Origin: the human T2T-CHM13v2.0 reference genome, Homo sapiens
NCBI RefSeq assembly: GCF_009914755.1
Contig: NC_060934.1
Strand: one strand, 5' to 3'
Length of the DNA stretch: 64,000 nucleotides
The position numbers were made by a program, and so were the translations under genes. Shown here piece by piece: positions 1 through 17,670 of the stretch (positions are counted from its first letter, which is position 1; each line of letters opens with the position of its first letter). The notes below the pieces were generated by a model, which made no database searches, was not told the DNA's origin, and saw only the letters and a list, made by a program, of their open reading frames with translations.

Positions 1-39
1 AGAGCTATCACTTCTACAGTGCTTATTCTATTCTAAGAA

Positions 40-220
40 TTTTGTGTGTTATTTGATCTCATCATCAGCTTGATACAGTTGGTGCTATTCTCATCCCCAC
101 TTTGCGGATTATGAATTGAGGTAAGAAAGGCTACCTGACATGCCCACACTCACATAGATACTAAGTGGTGGGGCCAGGGTTTGAACCCAGATGGTCCAAG
201 CTTTGGACCCTCCTAATTAC
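40..220 (-). mobile_element. MIR SINE fragment
   Basis: Degenerate MIR core (ATCCCCACTTTGCGGATTATGAATTGAGG...CCAGGGTTTGAACCCAG); boundaries approximate. Confidence 0.6.
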
Positions 221-629
221 CTCCACTACACTGGTTATGATTCCTTCCACTTTCTGGCGCAGAAGCAGAGACTCGGGAAAGTTAAATCATTTGTGTCCAC
301 TCCACCCAGAAGCTCTCCACGTACACCAGAGGGATGGAAAACATTTAACAATGGGTAAGGCAGGTCCATGACCTTCACAAGGGGCACCATTGGCTAGGCT
401 GGAGACCTCCTGCTATGCTGGAAACTGAGCCATTTTAGGGGCTGCTTCAAGGGGAAACCCAGAGGGTTTCAGAGAAGGGATAAGGTAACAGGGACACTCA
501 CAGCACTTAGGGCAATGTCTATTTTAATCAGCAGGGAAGTTTTCCAATATGTTATCAATTTTGGCCACTGCAAACAGCCAAGATAAGAGAGTGCTAAAGC
601 TCTTAGTCGAAACTGAATTTTTGCATGTT

Positions 630-775
630 TCGGGGCTGGAAAGAACTCTTGAGCCATATAGAATTCAACAGCCTCATTTTACCAATGAGGAAACCAAGGC
701 TGCTATGCAAAGCATGGTGCCCAAGGTCAGAGAACTAGTAAATGACAGAGTCAAAATGAAAATCCAGGGTGCCCA
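630..775 (-). mobile_element. MIR fragment
   Basis: CTCATTTTACCAATGAGGAAACCAAGGC...CCCAAGGTCAGAGAACTAGTAAATGACAGAG, typical of the MIR core. Confidence 0.6.
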
Positions 776-2988
776 GATGCCCAGATTGGTACTTAGGGTG
801 TTTGGTGGTGGTGGTTTGTTTCTTCCCTATCTGTGCTGATTATATTCAATACACAGATGCTGATGTGCATGCACGGGGCCCAGCCCCCAGCTGCTGTGCC
901 ACACCCTGACAACCTCAGGATCTTCAGAGAGGCTCAGCTGCTCAAAGTTCCACCAGGGACCATACAAGCTTCATGGATATTCAGATTTTTTTTAGTAAGC
1001 ACCTGAATTTTGTGTAACTGATTTCCACACCCATTGAAGGTGGCTTCTAAATTTAGAATTAACATCCAAAGCGGTCTGTTGCACAAATGTATACTTCCTC
1101 GCAAGCTGTTGTCAGAAACAGTAAAATTGACATCCATAAAACAGTTTCTTCATACCTTAATAATATTGAACTATAAAAATAGAGGATCTCAAGCAAACAA
1201 AGCTGTAACCATAATAACCTTTACAAAGTCTACTACCACAGTCAAGTACTGTCCAGATCTTTTTTTAATGAAAATGTAAAGGTGGCCCCAGCCTTATTCT
1301 CACATGACAATGCAATTCCCTCGGCCCAGCATTCCCTCTAGACACTTGTCACTGCCCAATCCAGAACTTTAGTAATTGATCATTTGGGGTACTAACCTGC
1401 ACCTTATACAATAAAGCCACCTTTGCAGAAACTGCAGCTTCACTTTCATCACTTCCTCCTTTGCCTATTCCAATTAGTTGCTTAGATTCAGTTAGACACG
1501 TCTCCCCATACCAAGCACATTCAGTTGTGCCAGGAGGATGGAAGAAGTCTTTCTTTCAAGACATCTTAACAAAGTAGACATTGCAACGCAATAAAGTAGT
1601 GAGACTCATGGTTGATGCTTACACACAATCTTCCAACAGAATGCTTTATCATCCCTTGCCCAGAACAGATGGGGAAAAAATTACGCTATGCCCTGAAATT
1701 TTCCATTCTTGATCTCAGCCCAAAGGTGACTTTTTTATTTTTAAACTTGAGACTTGAGCAAAAAAAAAAAAAGTTCAACTATTTTTGATTCATGCCCAGG
1801 CTAAAGAAACACATGGTAAGATTCTTTTTTTTTCCAAACCCGTAGGTAGCTCAAACAGCTAAGCTTCAAAAGCTCAAGCTTTCTAACTAGCACTAACAGT
1901 GTTCACAGAGGCAGCACCTCTGCAGTAATTGCAAGGCCAAAAATCAATAGCCGGGGTGAGAAGGAGCTGGGATTCCACTTTCTGGACACATTGTCCCCAG
2001 TACCTCTAAATACTTAAAAGAACCGCATAGAATTCTCAAATGTTTAAGCAGGATGGTTGGGCCTGAAGCTTTTCCTCCCTTCTGGGTGATAAGGCAACCC
2101 GTCCTCATCACCATTTTTTCATTACCCATCCTTTGATGCATTTCAGTCCTCTCGAGAGTCCAGGCTACCCAGAGAGAACTGACAGGTCTCCTGACTGCCC
2201 TCTGTCCCCAGAACTTGCTCTCTTCTACCCCGTCCCTCCCAGCCCTAGCCCCAACACTGACTCCTCTACTCCTTCTACCCTCCCTCCATCCTGCTATTCC
2301 CAGTCTCCATAGAGGAAAAAGGGAGTGTCATGCCTAGATGAAAAGATTTGGGGTTCAAGTCACCCCATGTACCTCCCTGGTTCCAACGAACCTCCGGAAT
2401 TCTAGCCACAGATCCCCCTCTTGCCCTCTCATCCTCCCCTAACACATCCCTACACATTGCAGGCCCAGGGAGGAGTCCACAAAATGGGACTCCATGCATC
2501 CATCCTTCTGTGGGGCCGCGTAGCACACCCACGGCAAGACTCCAGTCCCTGGTCCCGGCTCTGCCACTTATGAACTGTGTGCCCATAAGCAAGTCGTCTC
2601 TTGCTCTGCAGACTGGGGCTTATCACATTTGTCCCACCTGTCCCAGAGAGCTGTTATGCAAAGTAAGGGGAATCACAGATGTGAACAGGCTTCAGAATCA
2701 GAGCTCAATATAAATGTACCTCCTTATTATTAGGCACATGGCACAGTGCCAGGCAGTGTGGTATGTTCCTTGGGGCTAAAGTCCAAGAGATATTGGCAAT
2801 AAAAGAAAGTGAATTATACCGGGCAGAAAACAAGGAACAAAAAGAGAAGAACAGAGATGAGGATTCACCAGCCTCCAGAGAAGAGTGAATTCACAGTGAC
2901 AGTGCAATCAATAAAGGCTTCCTGCAAGAGGAAGGCTTTGTATGCAGCCTGAAGTGGCTCTCACCACGCTGATCAAAGGTGATTTCAT

Positions 2989-3378
<390 letters not shown>

Positions 3379-3922
3379 TCAGCCTTCGCAGCTTCCTCCT
3401 GGCATCTAGGTGAAAGAAAGAATGAATGGAGCCTTGAACTAACCAGGAACTCAACTAAGTGGAAAAGAGGAGAGACTCCCAGATAGCAGAGGGAAGACAA
3501 GCTGGGGTCAGAGGGCGGACTCTTTGGCTTAGGAGTAGAGGAGTTCAGAAGTTCAGGCTTCTGATCACAAAGGGAGGTAAAAGGAGTTCAGAGGAGTCAG
3601 TGACATCATGAAATCAGTATTTGGGGAGCTTAATTGGGCAGCTGCATGCAGGATATGCAGCAGGGGGTGAAGGAAAGCTGGCAGAGTGGCCAGGAGGCAA
3701 GGGCAATGAGTCAGGCAGACGGTGAGAAGGGAAGCCACTGCCTCTCGGCCAAATCGCCCTCTGGGAGCACCCATCTCTGTCCCAGTGGAAGCCCCATCAA
3801 GGGCCACTCTCAGTGACTGTCCTCTTTAGGCTGGACCTTAAGTGTCCCCTAGTCCTCCTGCCTTGCACCCAGCACTGGCCTCCTGCAAGTGGTTACCTTC
3901 CCCTTGTGAATCCCTCCAGGCT

Positions 3923-3949
3923 CAGGGATTCCAGGGATTCCAGGGATTC
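3923..3949. repeat. (CAGGGATTC)3 tandem repeat
   Basis: Three exact 9-bp units. Confidence 0.9.
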
Positions 3950-4269
3950 CCTCCCATTCCCGTTTTAGAGGACAACGCGGATGGTAAGCACTCCCTTAAA
4001 GGAAGCACAGTGATGCAGCAGCGGGCGGGGAAACAGGGAGAGAGCTTTTACTTCTGAGCACATTTCCCCAAATTGCTATCCAAATTGCTATCTTTTCAAC
4101 ACTTTTATAAGGTAGTATGTTAATATGACAGTTAAGATGATGATAAAAAGAAGGTAGAGGAAAAAAATGTGGAAGACAGGACCAGTGCATTCAACACACA
4201 GCTCAGACATGATTGAGAAACAGATCCTGGTGCTGAAGAGCTGGGGACAGGAGCCTGGTGATGGGCAGC

Positions 4270-4470
4270 CTCGGTTCCAGGGCAGGCCCTGCCACCAACG
4301 CACTGTGTGACCTTAAGCAGCTGTGCTCTTCCCAGTCACTCTCTTCCACCTGTAAAATGATGTCAGAGATAGTTCCCACCCAAGAGGGTAGTTGTAAGAA
4401 GGAAATGAGTTGATCTGGTGCAGTGCTTAGTACTTGGCACAAGATAAGTGGTTAGTAACTGGTATCTGTG
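4270..4470 (+). mobile_element. MIR fragment
   Basis: TGTGTGACCTTAAGCAG...CACCTGTAAAATG...GTGCTTAGTACTTGGCAC. Confidence 0.6.
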
Positions 4471-5544
4471 ATGGGCACCAGGCTAGCAGTTACTGCCTCT
4501 AACATCTGGAGATGCAAACCCTAGCACTGCAGCTGTCCCACAGGAGGTGTCAAATGTGAGCCTCCCACCCCATCCCCCTGAGATCCCCACATGAATGCAC
4601 CTCCCCACAGCCCTAACGCTCTCACCAGGGACACACAGAACAAGCCAGTGCCTCCTCGCTTTACAGACCATCAGAAATGCAAAGGCAGTTGCTGTGCCTC
4701 CACGGAATATTCTCTCCCCTAAAATCTTCATGTTTTTCTCTCCTCTTATTTCTCTTCTATTCACCCACTGCACAAACAAGATTAGGCAGCAGTGATAGGC
4801 AAGGAAAGATGGAAATATTCTTTAAGTGGAATAGCAAAAATAGGCTTTGGAAATTAATGCCTAGAAATTTACCCTGTGGGCTCTCTGGAGACCAACCCAA
4901 ATGAAATCCCATTGACAGAAAGCTGCAGCCCTCTGGGGAATGTCCCCCCATCCCATCCCCCAGGATCCTTGGTCCAGGAAACATGGAAGTTGGCTTCTGA
5001 TCTCCCTGGTCTCCCAGGGATCCTGCTCGGGGCACCACCTGAAAAGTCCCTCGGCAGAAGCACTTCTCGCCATGCGTGAATGCTGTGGAAAGCATCTGAA
5101 CATGAAGTTTCCAATTACTGCTGGCATTTCTGGAGTGTCCTGATGCTGGCTGCAGCTGTCCCACGGAAGGCCAGTGATGTCATCAGCAAGCCTGACAGCA
5201 CTGAGTTCCAAGGCTGGCTGGGAAGAAAGGTTCCCTGCAGGCTGAGCCCCCATCACTGGAGAGGGAGGAACCTGCCATTTCCCCCGCAAAGGTGGGCACT
5301 ACTCAGGTTTGCTGCTTCCCTTCCTGGGTAGAATTCCATTGCCATAACTTGGACTCACACCAGGAAAGGTTCAGAAGCTGCACCAATGTCCAGGATGATT
5401 CCATCTGACTGCTTCTGAAAACTTACTATGTGTCCAGAGTTGTTCCGGGTGGAGGCAAGCCCAGGTGAGACCTACTTTCCAAATGTTCATGTACTCACTT
5501 CGTGGCATGAAAACAAAATGGTCTTGCATTCTTCGGCTACAGAG

Positions 5545-5680
5545 AGACAATAAGGGAAGTAAAAAAGGGAAAGAGAGAAACGGAGAAAAAGCAAAAGAAG
5601 GAAAAGGTGGGAAGGAAATGAAAAGAGGAAAAGAGAGAGAGGGGAAGGGAAGGAAGGAGGGAGAAAAGGAGGGAAGAAGT
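5545..5680. repeat. GA-rich low-complexity polypurine tract
   Basis: About 135 bp made almost entirely of A/G. Confidence 0.85.
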
Positions 5681-6519
5681 TTTTGTCCTGTGGCTAGTTT
5701 TACCTTGAACCTCCCTACTCAAGACCTTCCCAGTTCCTCTCTCCTCCTCTCCCTTGCTCAGGGAGCTCAGGCCCTGGGGGAGCCCTGGCAGATACCGTCC
5801 TCTAGAAGAGCTGACCAAGGAGACAGAGCACGGGATGCCTGCAGAGCGATGTAACAGATTGGGCCCTGAGCCCTACAGTAGAGTTCAAGCTCAACGCAAT
5901 GTTCAGATTTCCCAAGGCGGGGGATTAGATTAATTGGAATTTGCAGGCTGTGCCCAACCAAGATCCATATCTGTCACCATGTTAACCACATTCAGGCCCC
6001 TCTTAAAATCAGAACCCCGCCATCCATCACCACCCCGGTGGAGAGGCACGGCCAGAGCCTCGCAGTCCAAGACTGACCTTCTGGCTGGCAGCCTACCTTT
6101 TAGCCGCCAGCCTCCTCCATGGGCTTCCAGATAAGCGTGTGTAACTCTTGAGCAAATCCTAGCCCCTGGAGGAACTACCGGCGGTTATGAACACAGTCCC
6201 TTTGTTCATCTCAGGAGCTGATTTAATTAAACGAGAAACTATGGACCCTTCCTAAGGGAGAAACTATTTAGTATCCAGAACCAAGGAAAGTAAAGGCTAA
6301 AGGGAAATCCAGATCCTTTCAAAAACTATCTAATTGAACCTTGGGAGCAAAACCATGCAGTCAAATTACACAAGAGGATCCAAGGGGCTGCAGTGTAACC
6401 CAAGGTGACACAGCCATTAAGTGAAACACTCAGGTCTGAGCTAGGGCACCCTTTCCAATGCATTATGACACATTTAATCTGTAAAACTGTAAATTATTTT
6501 TTTTAAAAAAACTGTCTTG

Positions 6520-9662
<3,143 letters not shown>

Positions 9663-9749
9663 TACTTTCTTTGATATATCTTTATGAGAATTGCTATCTT
9701 AATGTTGCTCATAAAAATAACTTACACAAATGTGTGCCAATTGCTGAAG

Positions 9750-10110
9750 ACCTTCAATTTCAGTTATTCTATTTTTTATTTCTGGAAGTCCTATTTGTAT
9801 TCTTCAAATCTCCATGGATTTTAAAAATTAGTCTATTGTTTCCTCCTCATTTGTTTCAAACATTTAAAATACATTACCTATTCCATTGGAACTATATCTG
9901 AAACCCTCGGGAATCTGATTCTTCTGTCTGTTGTTTCTGCTGACTTTCACTCGTGGTGACTGGTTTCCTCATCTGTTTTGGATTTTGAGAGTGAAAGCTC
10001 ATGCTTGAATGGCTGGGTTTTACCTACAGGAATCCATCAAGGCTTGAGCTACAAGTATGTCCCTCCAGAGAGAATGTGCATTTGATTCTGACAGGAACTC
10101 TGGTGTGACC
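9750..10110 (-). mobile_element. Ancient LINE fragment (HAL1/L1ME-like)
   Basis: T-rich degenerate sequence resembling antisense old L1/HAL1; family uncertain. Confidence 0.35.
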
Positions 10111-11190
10111 AACCCCAAACTACCTCCAGTTAATTTTGCAGCGTGGAGTCTCCTGGGTCACCCAGGCAGTACAAATTCAAACCCCAAACTTGCATGAAGG
10201 CAGACTTATGATTACAAATTCTCACAGCAAACATTGTTCCATCCTTTGGCAAGCCAAAGCCAAAACAGATAAGGGCCCCTGTCTTCTCCCTTTGCCCCCC
10301 TGCAGATGTCTGCTGGACCACCTGTCTGTCCCCTAGGGATATATTTCTCCTGTAGGGGAAAGCTTCAGACAGGAATCTCATTTCCAACTCCCCACCTGGC
10401 AAGGGTCCCAGGTCTGGCTCCCTGGGTATTCTAAAGGCCATGCTTTCAATCCTGGCTTAAAGCCTGACACGCCCTCAATCTGATTTATTGTAAACACAGC
10501 GAAGTCTTTCTTAGAGCCTAGATCTGTGCTTTTTCCCGTACCTAATTTAAAGCTAGATACACCTTTCTTTGGTCTTTGGAGCCCAGAGTTCCCAGGGCCT
10601 TCTAAGGAATAAGCTTTCAAAACTTTGAAATGTAGATGTATTTATAGGAAAAGGAAAGCAGCAGCAACAAGGTTTTAATGACCTATAAGGCTAATGGAAG
10701 GGAGGAAAAAACGCACACGCCTGTGTAGTCAGCAGTTCCAATTGAGGAGCATCTGAAATGCTGTAAGAAGGTAGAACAAAGTGGGAAATATTAGAACAGA
10801 GCAGAGTGGATGGGGAAAGAATCTACAAAGACTGTAGAGACATTTCTCTCTGTCTCCGTATCTTTCTGGGTCATTCTTCATCACAGGATGTCAACATAAG
10901 AGGTATATTTTACCCTATACACACATGATGTGGGCCAAAAGTTGAAAATGAGTGTAGGATTAGAAACTACAATTCAGAATTTTAAAAAGAAACCAGACCA
11001 CACACAACAACTTATCCAGGTAGTTTCCAGAAGGCTTCATAGCCATCACTCAGTTCGTCCTCACAAAAGCCCTCAAAAGTGCATTTTATAACCAGTAATG
11101 GCCAACCTTCTGATAACCAGTCTACTGTACTTTCTCACATCTGTCACTACTTCTTATCAAAAAAAAATTCATTGATTAATCAATAATACG

Positions 11191-11286
11191 TTTGGGAGGC
11201 TGATATGTCTGGATCACTTGAGCCCAGAAGTTCGAGGCAGCCTGGGCAACATGGCAAAACTCTGTCGCTCCAAAAAAAAAAAAAAT

Positions 11287-11356
<70 letters not shown>

Positions 11357-11519
11357 TAGCTGGGCATGGTGGCATGTGCCTATAGTCCCAGCTACTCAGG
11401 AGGCTGAGGCAGGATAATCGCTTGAGCTCGAGAGGTCAAGGCTGCAGTGAGCCATGATCATGCCACTGTGCTCCAGCCTGGGCAACAGAGTGAGATCTTG
11501 TCTCAAAAAAAAAAAAAAA
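11191..11519 (+). mobile_element. 5'-truncated AluJ with (AT)32 in the middle linker
   Basis: Starts at TTTGGGAGGC; TSD AATCAATAATACG (11178-11190) / AATCAATAACATG (11518-11530). Confidence 0.92.
11289..11352. repeat. (AT)32 microsatellite
   Basis: 64 bp of uninterrupted AT repeat, preceded by an A-run. Confidence 0.97.
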
Positions 11520-11544
11520 TCAATAACATGCACACACTGCAAAT

Positions 11545-11860
11545 ATATCTCCAGCTCTATGATTCCTCACTCAAAATCTTCAAAACCAGATGTGTTTTAG
11601 AATTCCAATTGTTTCGGGTTTTAGGAAATTATTAAGGTGAATCTCTGAGGTTTGGGCTGCACATCACAGTCACACACACTAACATTTCTTCAATGACACA
11701 CGACAATTCAGACTAAGCTGGATGAATGAAGACCATAAACTGCCTCGCAGTTCAGGGCAGCTTCCACTCACCACCAGCCCCTCCATGAATTAGGTAAAAA
11801 CACTCACTTTTCAGAGTTTGGGGGACTTCAGGTTGGGAATGAGCTGGTGTAGAACTGGAT
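11545..11860. mobile_element. DNA transposon fossil (MER46C-like, TcMar-Tigger)
   Basis: Resembles the MER46C consensus as recalled (CCAGATGTGTTTTAGAATT...ACTTTTCAGAG). Confidence 0.5.
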
Positions 11861-12360
11861 ACATAAGTCATCTCTCAAAATATCTTATATTTAAATCCAT
11901 CAGCTTAAAAGTCCTTCCCACTAAGTCTCAAAATCTTCACTCTGATTCTCAGAAGGGGCAGAAAAGAACAGTGATCAGAAGAGGAGAGGAGCATGAAACA
12001 GTTGATGGCCAGAGAGAGCCCAGTGGGCCTCCCCGGGAGCCATGATGTGTAGTGTGTGCATGGGCGGTGGGGATGTGTAGGCATAAAACCACAGGATAGG
12101 TCAGACATGACCCAGGAAGACTCTTAACAAAGCCTCAGGTGTAACAGCAGGGGCAGGCTGGGCAGGGGTGGCCCTCAGTACAGTTGCATTTGGCCTCAGA
12201 TTTGTGACTAAGAGAAGCATAATATGAGGCAAAACCTCAGCATCCTCCTCTACAGCAGGAGAGCTGGACTACAACAGCAATTTCAGATGGCAGGCCTCAA
12301 CCCCCTGGTTGACCAGGAAATCTATGTAACAGGTTATAAGCAATTATTTTTTAAGAAAAT

Positions 12361-13090
<730 letters not shown>

Positions 13091-14364
13091 TGTGCTTTAA
13101 CTGTGGGATGTGGTCTAAAAAATTTAGGATTTACTGTGCTAGATGACTGCCTCTGAATCTTTTTCACACAAACATCCTGTGGATTGTTTTTTCTGGTGTT
13201 ACTGAATCCAGGCATTCTGTATTAAAATCATCCCAGACTGAAAATCAAAAAGAAGTCTCGTTAAATTCTCTCTTTTTCAGGATGTACTTTAGCCACTGGG
13301 ACCTGACTTCTAAGGTCTCTGCCACTCACTCATTATGACCACTAGGGCATTTATCTAATCTCTGAGCCTTTAGTTCCTTATTTCTGAAATGCAGAGGCTG
13401 ACCATCACAGACCTCTGAAGAGCAACTGCTCACATAAAATTGGAGAAATGACGACTCCTAGCTCATAGAATGGTCGTGAGGATCACATGAGGTCATACTT
13501 TGAATGGTGCACCCAACACACTGTAAGTGCCATATAATTTTGCCTCTAAGACAAGACTATGAATGCTTTCCATGTCTGGTGCTTCATGATGCTTTTGAAT
13601 CCAGTATTCATTTTGCACATGCAGCCTGCTTGGAGTGGGAGCTGATGGCTTTCAGGAGGCCCCAGGGCCTGACCACTGCAGGGGCTGGGACCACAGATCG
13701 TACCACCACCCTTTGTTCCTGCCTCCTCCTAGCCCTTGGGAGGCAAAGCTTGTCCCCTCAATAAATGATGACCAGAACCCTGTGTTTGTTGCCCAGCCTC
13801 CTGGGAGATGGGCAGTGGCATAGCAAAGGGATTACTTTGGGTAAATATTTCTCTAAACCTCATTCTTGCCTCCACCAGTGCCCAGAACGAGCCGGCCAGC
13901 TCCCCAACAGCCCCACCATTCCAATGCTAGGACAGTGCTGACAGCATCAGCTCCCTGAATACAGGGCAAATGACCTCACTAAAGGTAAGCCCCAGAATTA
14001 AGCAGTGGTGGCAGAGGCTGGGAAGCACAAGAGGAGGAGAATGCATGAACTGTTCTCTCACGGCACTAGCGATTTCCTTTTCCAGAGCAGGTTATCGTCT
14101 TTACAGCACTTAGTACTTGGACCAAACAGCCACCACATTGCAATTCCACCTGAGGCCATGGCGGGCATCCAATCCTGCCTCCTCCAAAACGGGAATCTTG
14201 GCTGCACCTTTCTGGACAGATGGAAGCCCACTTTCTGGTGTGCCTTCCAGAACCCAGGGAGCTAAGTCTTAATGCTCCCCAAGGCACCTTCCCATCACTG
14301 GCAGGCAAACAGAGGTTAGTCTACCCAACTGATAGCTGAGAACGCTGAGATTTAGTTCACAGGC

Positions 14365-14905
14365 CTAAAATGCTGGTTCGCAATATTGGCTGCACATTAG
14401 GATCACCCGGGGAGCATCTGAAGTTCCCAGAGTCCCTGCCATACCCAGAGGCTATTCGGATTTGTTCCAAGCATTTGCTTTATCTCCCCAGGAGTTTCCA
14501 ACGTGCAGGTGCTCTGGCTCTTGGTTATCGATCTCACTGGTGCCTCAGAGCCACTGGAAGGCCAGTTAAAATAGAGCCCTGGGCCCCACCCCCAGAGGGG
14601 AGTCCCTGACTTGGGGGTTGGGCCTCTGAATTTCCATTTCCAACAAGCTCCCAGGTGAGGCTGATGCTACTGGTCCAGAGAGGAAACTAGAGCTTTGAGA
14701 TCCAGTGCTCAAGGCCCATGTTTCTAGCCTTAGGCTTCTCAGCCATGGATTGGGGAGAATGGCTCCTGGCTTGAGAAGCTCTGTTCTAGAATAGCACTCC
14801 TCAGTCTTCTGTGTGCACATCCGGACGCATCTAGATTCATGCCCAGGAGGTTTGGGTGGAACCTGTGCTGCTGATCCTCTAACCACCGTCTGAGGAACAA
14901 GGCCC
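14365..14905. mobile_element. Cluster of MER5-family (hAT-Charlie) fragments
   Basis: GGCTGCACATTAGGATCACC, AACAAGCTCCCAGGTGAGGCTGATGCTACTGGTCC and similar motifs; two to three fragments. Confidence 0.6.
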
Positions 14906-15822
14906 TAGACTAGCAGGCCTGACTGCCAAATCTACATTCTTCCCACTTCAAGCAGGTCTAGGGCCAGGCAACTCGCCCTTCCCTAACAGAGATCTGCCTC
15001 CTTGAAACCTCCACTCTCAGAGACTTGCTCTGAGCCACAGGACAAAGAAAAAGACTTCCTCTCCCAGAAAGGCACCCAGGTATCCTGTCCCCACCTCTAC
15101 CTCTTAGCCTCTCTTTCTCCCTACGAAACAATCCCCCATCCTTTAACTCCTCTTGCTATGTCACAACAAACAAAACCTCAGGGATCTTGGAAGCAGGCGG
15201 ACTCTCGGCCTCTCCCAGCACTTGATGGGGCAGTACTACGTGACATTTAAGTCCCCTCCATGGAGACGTGCTTCCTAAGTGTCCACCACATGCTGCATAT
15301 GGTCCTCAGGGCTTGGGACCCAGCTGGGGCACAATGACAGAAACACAGGAAGCACACAGCCGTGCAAGAAAGCTCACCATGGGATTCTAAAAGGAGTGAC
15401 GCTAACAGCTGGAACAAGAAGACTGCAAAGGAAGAAGATCCAGTTCCCATCTGCAGGCCAGGGGTCTCAGGACTGCTAGCCTTCTGCCCTCTAAGCCACT
15501 GGTCCCATTCTCTAGCCTAGAGAGCTACAGGATATCAAGCCTCGAGATGCTGGTAACCCGTCCAAGTCATTTAACGGGAGGAGGAAGGACGACAATGGCT
15601 TACACTGTTTCCCATGCACCATGTGTTAGGCACTGTGTGAAATGCTCTGCAAGTATTATTTCATTCAATTCTCACTGAAATCCCATGAAATGCTCATTGC
15701 TATGGCACCACAGTTTAACAGGAAAGAATGGAGAAGAATGGAGAATTACAGATGTGAAGTAGCATGCCAAACAGGAGGTAACAGCAGTAACTGACCCCAT
15801 GTTGACGAGCCTACACACTCTC

Positions 15823-16070
15823 TTTTTTTTTTTTTCCTCGGCTCACTGCAACCTCTGCCTCCCGGGTTCAAGCAATTCTCTGCCTCAGCCTCCCGAGTGG
15901 CTGGGATTACAGGCGCCCACCACCATGCCCGGCTAATTTTTTTGTATTTTTAGTAGAGACGGGGGTTTCACCATCTTGGCCAGGCTGGTCTTGAACTCCT
16001 GACCTTGTGATCCACTCGCCTCGGCCTCCCAAAGTGCTGGGATTGCAGGCGTGAGCCACCACGCCCGGCT
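15823..16070 (-). mobile_element. AluS lacking the last ~48 nt of the right arm but with poly(A)
   Basis: T13 directly followed by CCTCGGCTCACTGCAACC; TSD CACACTCTCTT at 15814-15824 and 16071-16081. Confidence 0.93.
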
Positions 16071-17399
16071 CACACTCTCTTAACTGCCATGTAGTTAAAG
16101 CAGTTAACTTGCCTTAACTGCCTAAAGATGAGGCACTTAACTTGCCTCATCAAGGACCGGGAGAGACCGAGACTCAGCCTCCTTCCAAGATCCAGGTTTC
16201 TATGCAAGATGGTCCCGTCCTCAGGCCATTTCATATGGTAATAAATAACATCAAGCAATATAATTGCACTTAATACACCAGGCAACTCTAAATTACATGT
16301 GTATACACATATATACACACATACGTAACTTATGTATAGATAAAAACATACACTCATTCCATCCTCACAACAGCCTTCTTTGTAAATATCTAGATTTCCA
16401 TTGTGCAGATGGGAAAACTAAAGGACAAAGAGCTAGGGTAACTAGGGTCTCCCAGCTAGTTGGTGGTGAAGCCAGAATTTGAACTCTGACAGTCTGGTTT
16501 CCAGGTTGTGCTGGTGACATCCCCCTGCCCCCTCCACAGTTCACATTGGCTTTGGTGCCTAAACTGAATAAAGAGCACAGTTCAAGGTGCTTTCTGTGCC
16601 CACATTGCACCCAGTCCAGTGGCCAAATCCTCTGCAGGTACCTTGATAAACATCCAGTAAGGACCAAACAGGTGCCTCCTGCCCTATTTATAGCTCCCAG
16701 CATGGCCAGCTAGCTATAATTAGCAAAGCTCCCCTAGGACTGGAGCTAAATTAAACTGGTGGGATTAGAGGCCAGCAGCTTCGGACAGTGCCTCTGGACA
16801 CCTCCAGCAACACACCACTGGTGATACTAAGAGAAGCCTCTTCAAAGAAGTAGTTTGGCCTCACCAGTGGGCCTTTCTCCTGAGTGGTGTGTGGACCCAA
16901 GGGGTTCCTTTAATGGCCTCCTCCCAATTCTAGTGGCTGATCTGTCCTGAGATCCCCCAATTAAATCAGAAGAAGATGAGTGATCTCATGCTCTAAGGGT
17001 CAGAAAACCAGAACTCTGGTCCCGGCTGTGCCGCTGATCAGCCCGGTGGCCAAGGGACTCAACTGCTCTGGGTTTCAGCTTTGCTTCTTGAGATGAAGAC
17101 AGGCCTATCTCTGAAGTCCTTCTTGGCCGGAAAATCCCAGACATCTCACAGATCTCAAAAAGGGGCTTCCAGTTAAGTCCTGTGGTAGGGATCAAATGCC
17201 CTCCAGAGAAGGGTCTGAGGGAAGCCTGCAGCCCCCAACGAGGGAGGAGGACTCTGACTTGAAAGTCTGGTGTAAACTCTTAGGCTGCTGGTGCTGTGAG
17301 CCTGGAAGAAGAGAAGTGACAACCTCTCACCACCTCCTGGAGCCTGAAGAGGACAAAGAAAGAGATCTCATCTTCCCTCTCGCTCCAGAGTATCCAGCC

Positions 17400-17670
17400 G
17401 CCAAGGGCTCTGCCTCTCTCGGGACTCAGATGTCACCTCCTCAGAGGCCTTCCTGGGTTCCTTATCTAGAAAATCCACCTGCCACCACTTCCTAGCCACT
17501 GGCCAGGGCACTCCCAAGACATGGACTCTCATCCCCTATATATTTGTTAAAATGTGCATTAACTGTCTGTATCTCCCACTGGGATGTGAGCCCCACAGAG
17601 GCAGGGCCTGCATCTGTGCTCTTCACATCTAGAGCACCTGGCATATACCAGGCACTGGGTCTGCTGACTC
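17400..17670 (+). mobile_element. L2 3'-end fragment
   Basis: CTCAGATGTCACCTCCTCAGAGGCCTTCC...CCACTGGGATGTGAGCCCCACAGAGGCAGGG...CACCTGGCATATA. Confidence 0.65.

Noticed and set aside
5465-5854. 129-aa Lys/Glu/Gly-rich ORF
   Set aside because: Translation of a GA-rich low-complexity tract
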